DNA of 64,000 nucleotides from an uncultured cyanobacterium (GTDB lineage Bacteria; Cyanobacteriota; Cyanobacteriia; Cyanobacteriales; CAWCAG01): NCBI GenBank assembly GCA_963803805.1, contig CAWDOD010000002.1, positions 832,001 to 896,000 of the forward strand, read 5' to 3'. Shown piece by piece: positions 62,238 to 64,000 of this stretch (position 1 is its first letter; each line of letters starts with the position of its first letter). The notes under the pieces were generated by a model. It saw only the letters and a program-made list of their open reading frames with translations, ran no database searches and was not told where the DNA came from. The position numbers and the translations under genes were made by a program.

Positions 62238-64000
62238 CTAAACCTGTGCTTCTTGTTGTTGATAAAGACAAAAATAACGACCACGCATAGCCATTAATTC
62301 CTGGTGGGTTCCCTGTTCCACAATACTACCTTGTTCCATCATCAGGATAAGATCAGCATTGCGAATTGTGCTAAGACGATGGGTGATAAATAGTACGGTG
62401 CGATCGCCGAAGGTTTTTTGTAAATTCAAACATACCTCTCTTTCTGTTTCATAATCAAGGGCGCTAGTGGCTTCATCCAGAATTAGGAGTTGAGGATTTT
62501 GCAACACTGTACGGGCGATGGCAATTCTCTGTCTTTGTCCCCCAGATAAAGATGAACCCCTCTCCCCCACCCGGCTACCGTAACCACTAGGCAAACCCAT
62601 GATAAATTCGTGGGCCGAGGCTACGGTTGCGGCGGCAACCACCTCATCGGAGGTAGCATCAGGGTTGGTGAGGGCAATATTGTCTTTTACTGAGCCATCG
62701 AAAAGGAGGCAATCTTGAGGTACAATACCAATTTGCCTGCGTAGGGAATAAAGTTCCACTTTATCTATATCGTAGTCATCGATAAAGATGCGTCCGTTGA
62801 GGGGAGAATAGAGGCGGGGGAGAAGTTTGGTGAGGGTACTTTTACCGGAACCACTTTGACCGACAATACCCACAAACCGCCCCGATTCTAATTCTAGGTT
62901 AACATTGGCTAGTTGCAAAGGGCCGCTTTTACCGAAGCGAAAAGAGACATTTTCGTAGCGCACTGCACCTTTAATGGGAGGTTGGGGAATCTTACGACGT
63001 TCTTCTGCATCGGCTTCTTGAGGGGTGTCAATTATGTCGCTGAGACGTTCTAAGGAGAGGGCTGTTTCTTGGAAGTTTTGCCAAATCTGTGCCAATCGCA
63101 ATAGGGGAGTGGTAACGTAGCCGGAGATGATACGGAAAGCGATGAGTTGACCGAGGGTCAAATCCCCTTGCAGCACTAAGTAAGCTCCCACCCACAATAC
63201 CAGCAATGCCGAAAACTTATTCAGAAATTGGCTAGCTGAACCCGCAGCCGTGGAAGTGAGTACGGTTTGGAAACCCGCAGAAACATAGCTAGAATAACGT
63301 TCCTGCCATTTCCAGCGCGATTGTAGTTCAATGTTCTGTGCCTTAACGGTTTGAATACCAGAGAGTACCTCAACTAAATAGGATTGCGTTTCTGCATTGC
63401 GTTCGGCTTTAGTACGTAGTTGTCGGCGGATGATGGGGGAAACCAAGAGGGTGAGGAGGATGAAAAGGGGGATGGTGCAGAGGGCAACGAGGGTGAGTAC
63501 CCAACTGTAGATGAGCATCACGACGATGTATACTACGGAGAAGATGGCATCCAATACCACTGTTAAGGCTGTGCTGGTAAGAAATTGGCGAATATTCTCC
63601 AACTCATTAACCCTGCTGGATAATTCCCCTACGGGGCGCTTTTCAAAGTAACGCAGGGGCAGGCGGAGGAGATGGTCAATAATTTCTGAAGCTAGGGTTA
63701 AATCAATGCGGTTGGTGGTATCGACAAAGAGGTAGGTACGCAGACTGCTTAAGATTGCTTCGACAATGGCAATAAAAACTAAGAAAGCTCCTAATACTTG
63801 CAAGGTATCAATACTATTACGGCCAATTACCCGATCAATAATTACTTGAATGGTTAAGGGGTTGACAAGGCTAAAAAGCTGGACGAAAAACGAAGCAGCC
63901 AGAACTTCTAAGAGTACCCGGCGGTACTTTTTCAGGGAAGGAATAAACCAACTTAAACCAAACTTTTTTTGCGGAGTTTCTTTAGTCGGTTGCAACAGCA
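62238..64000 (-). CDS. HlyB-type T1SS ABC transporter (5' end outside the window)
   Basis: FGLSWFIP, YFEKRPVGELSSR, GQSGSGKST, LSGGQRQRIAIAR and LDEATSALD motifs. Confidence 0.95.
   Translation of the reverse strand, partial: LLQPTKETPQKKFGLSWFIPSLKKYRRVLLEVLAASFFVQLFSLVNPLTIQVIIDRVIGRNSIDTLQVLGAFLVFIAIVEAILSSLRTYLFVDTTNRIDLTLASEIIDHLLRLPLRYFEKRPVGELSSRVNELENIRQFLTSTALTVVLDAIFSVVYIVVMLIYSWVLTLVALCTIPLFILLTLLVSPIIRRQLRTKAERNAETQSYLVEVLSGIQTVKAQNIELQSRWKWQERYSSYVSAGFQTVLTSTAAGSASQFLNKFSALLVLWVGAYLVLQGDLTLGQLIAFRIISGYVTTPLLRLAQIWQNFQETALSLERLSDIIDTPQEADAEERRKIPQPPIKGAVRYENVSFRFGKSGPLQLANVNLELESGRFVGIVGQSGSGKSTLTKLLPRLYSPLNGRIFIDDYDIDKVELYSLRRQIGIVPQDCLLFDGSVKDNIALTNPDATSDEVVAAATVASAHEFIMGLPSGYGSRVGERGSSLSGGQRQRIAIARTVLQNPQLLILDEATSALDYETEREVCLNLQKTFGDRTVLFITHRLSTIRNADLILMMEQGSIVEQGTHQELMAMRGRYFCLYQQQEAQV

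Larger units (their letters stand above)
1..64000. repeat. HIP1 octamer GCGATCGC dispersed through the window
   Basis: Many copies (e.g. 993-1000 and within uvrA, nblB, aroF, psbF, narB, chlP). This is a hallmark of cyanobacterial genomes. Confidence 0.95.

Overview
Chromosomal window from a cyanobacterium, shown by abundant HIP1 GCGATCGC octamers and genes such as rubA-ycf48-psbEFLJ, ndhCKJ, chlP, nblB and pam68. The nirA-nrtP-narB cluster uses an MFS transporter, as in many marine strains. Most of the window is housekeeping: uvrA, argG, mutT, a group 2 sigma factor, glk, yebC, aroF, rpsO, cimA and ddl. Accessory elements are (i) a stand-alone AT-rich DUF262-DUF1524 (GmrSD/SspE-like) nuclease; (ii) an intact IS982 with 6-bp target duplication inserted in a hairpin; (iii) a three-gene unit of an Asp/Glu/Tyr-rich repeat peptide plus a gamma-glutamylcyclotransferase, head-to-head with a PGM1-like ATP-grasp peptide ligase, which is my best candidate for an undescribed peptide-modification system; (iv) a type I secretion locus (HlyB, HlyD, TIGR03032-like) with a ~2800-aa RTX adhesin carrying four CARDB-like repeats and two 7-bladed FG-GAP propellers, split by a single extra base; (v) a small MITE-like element, a candidate three-way-junction RNA, canonical NtcA and NtcB boxes at nirA, and a small membrane protein with an upstream NtcA-like box. 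All calls come from motif recognition by eye; no database searches were run.
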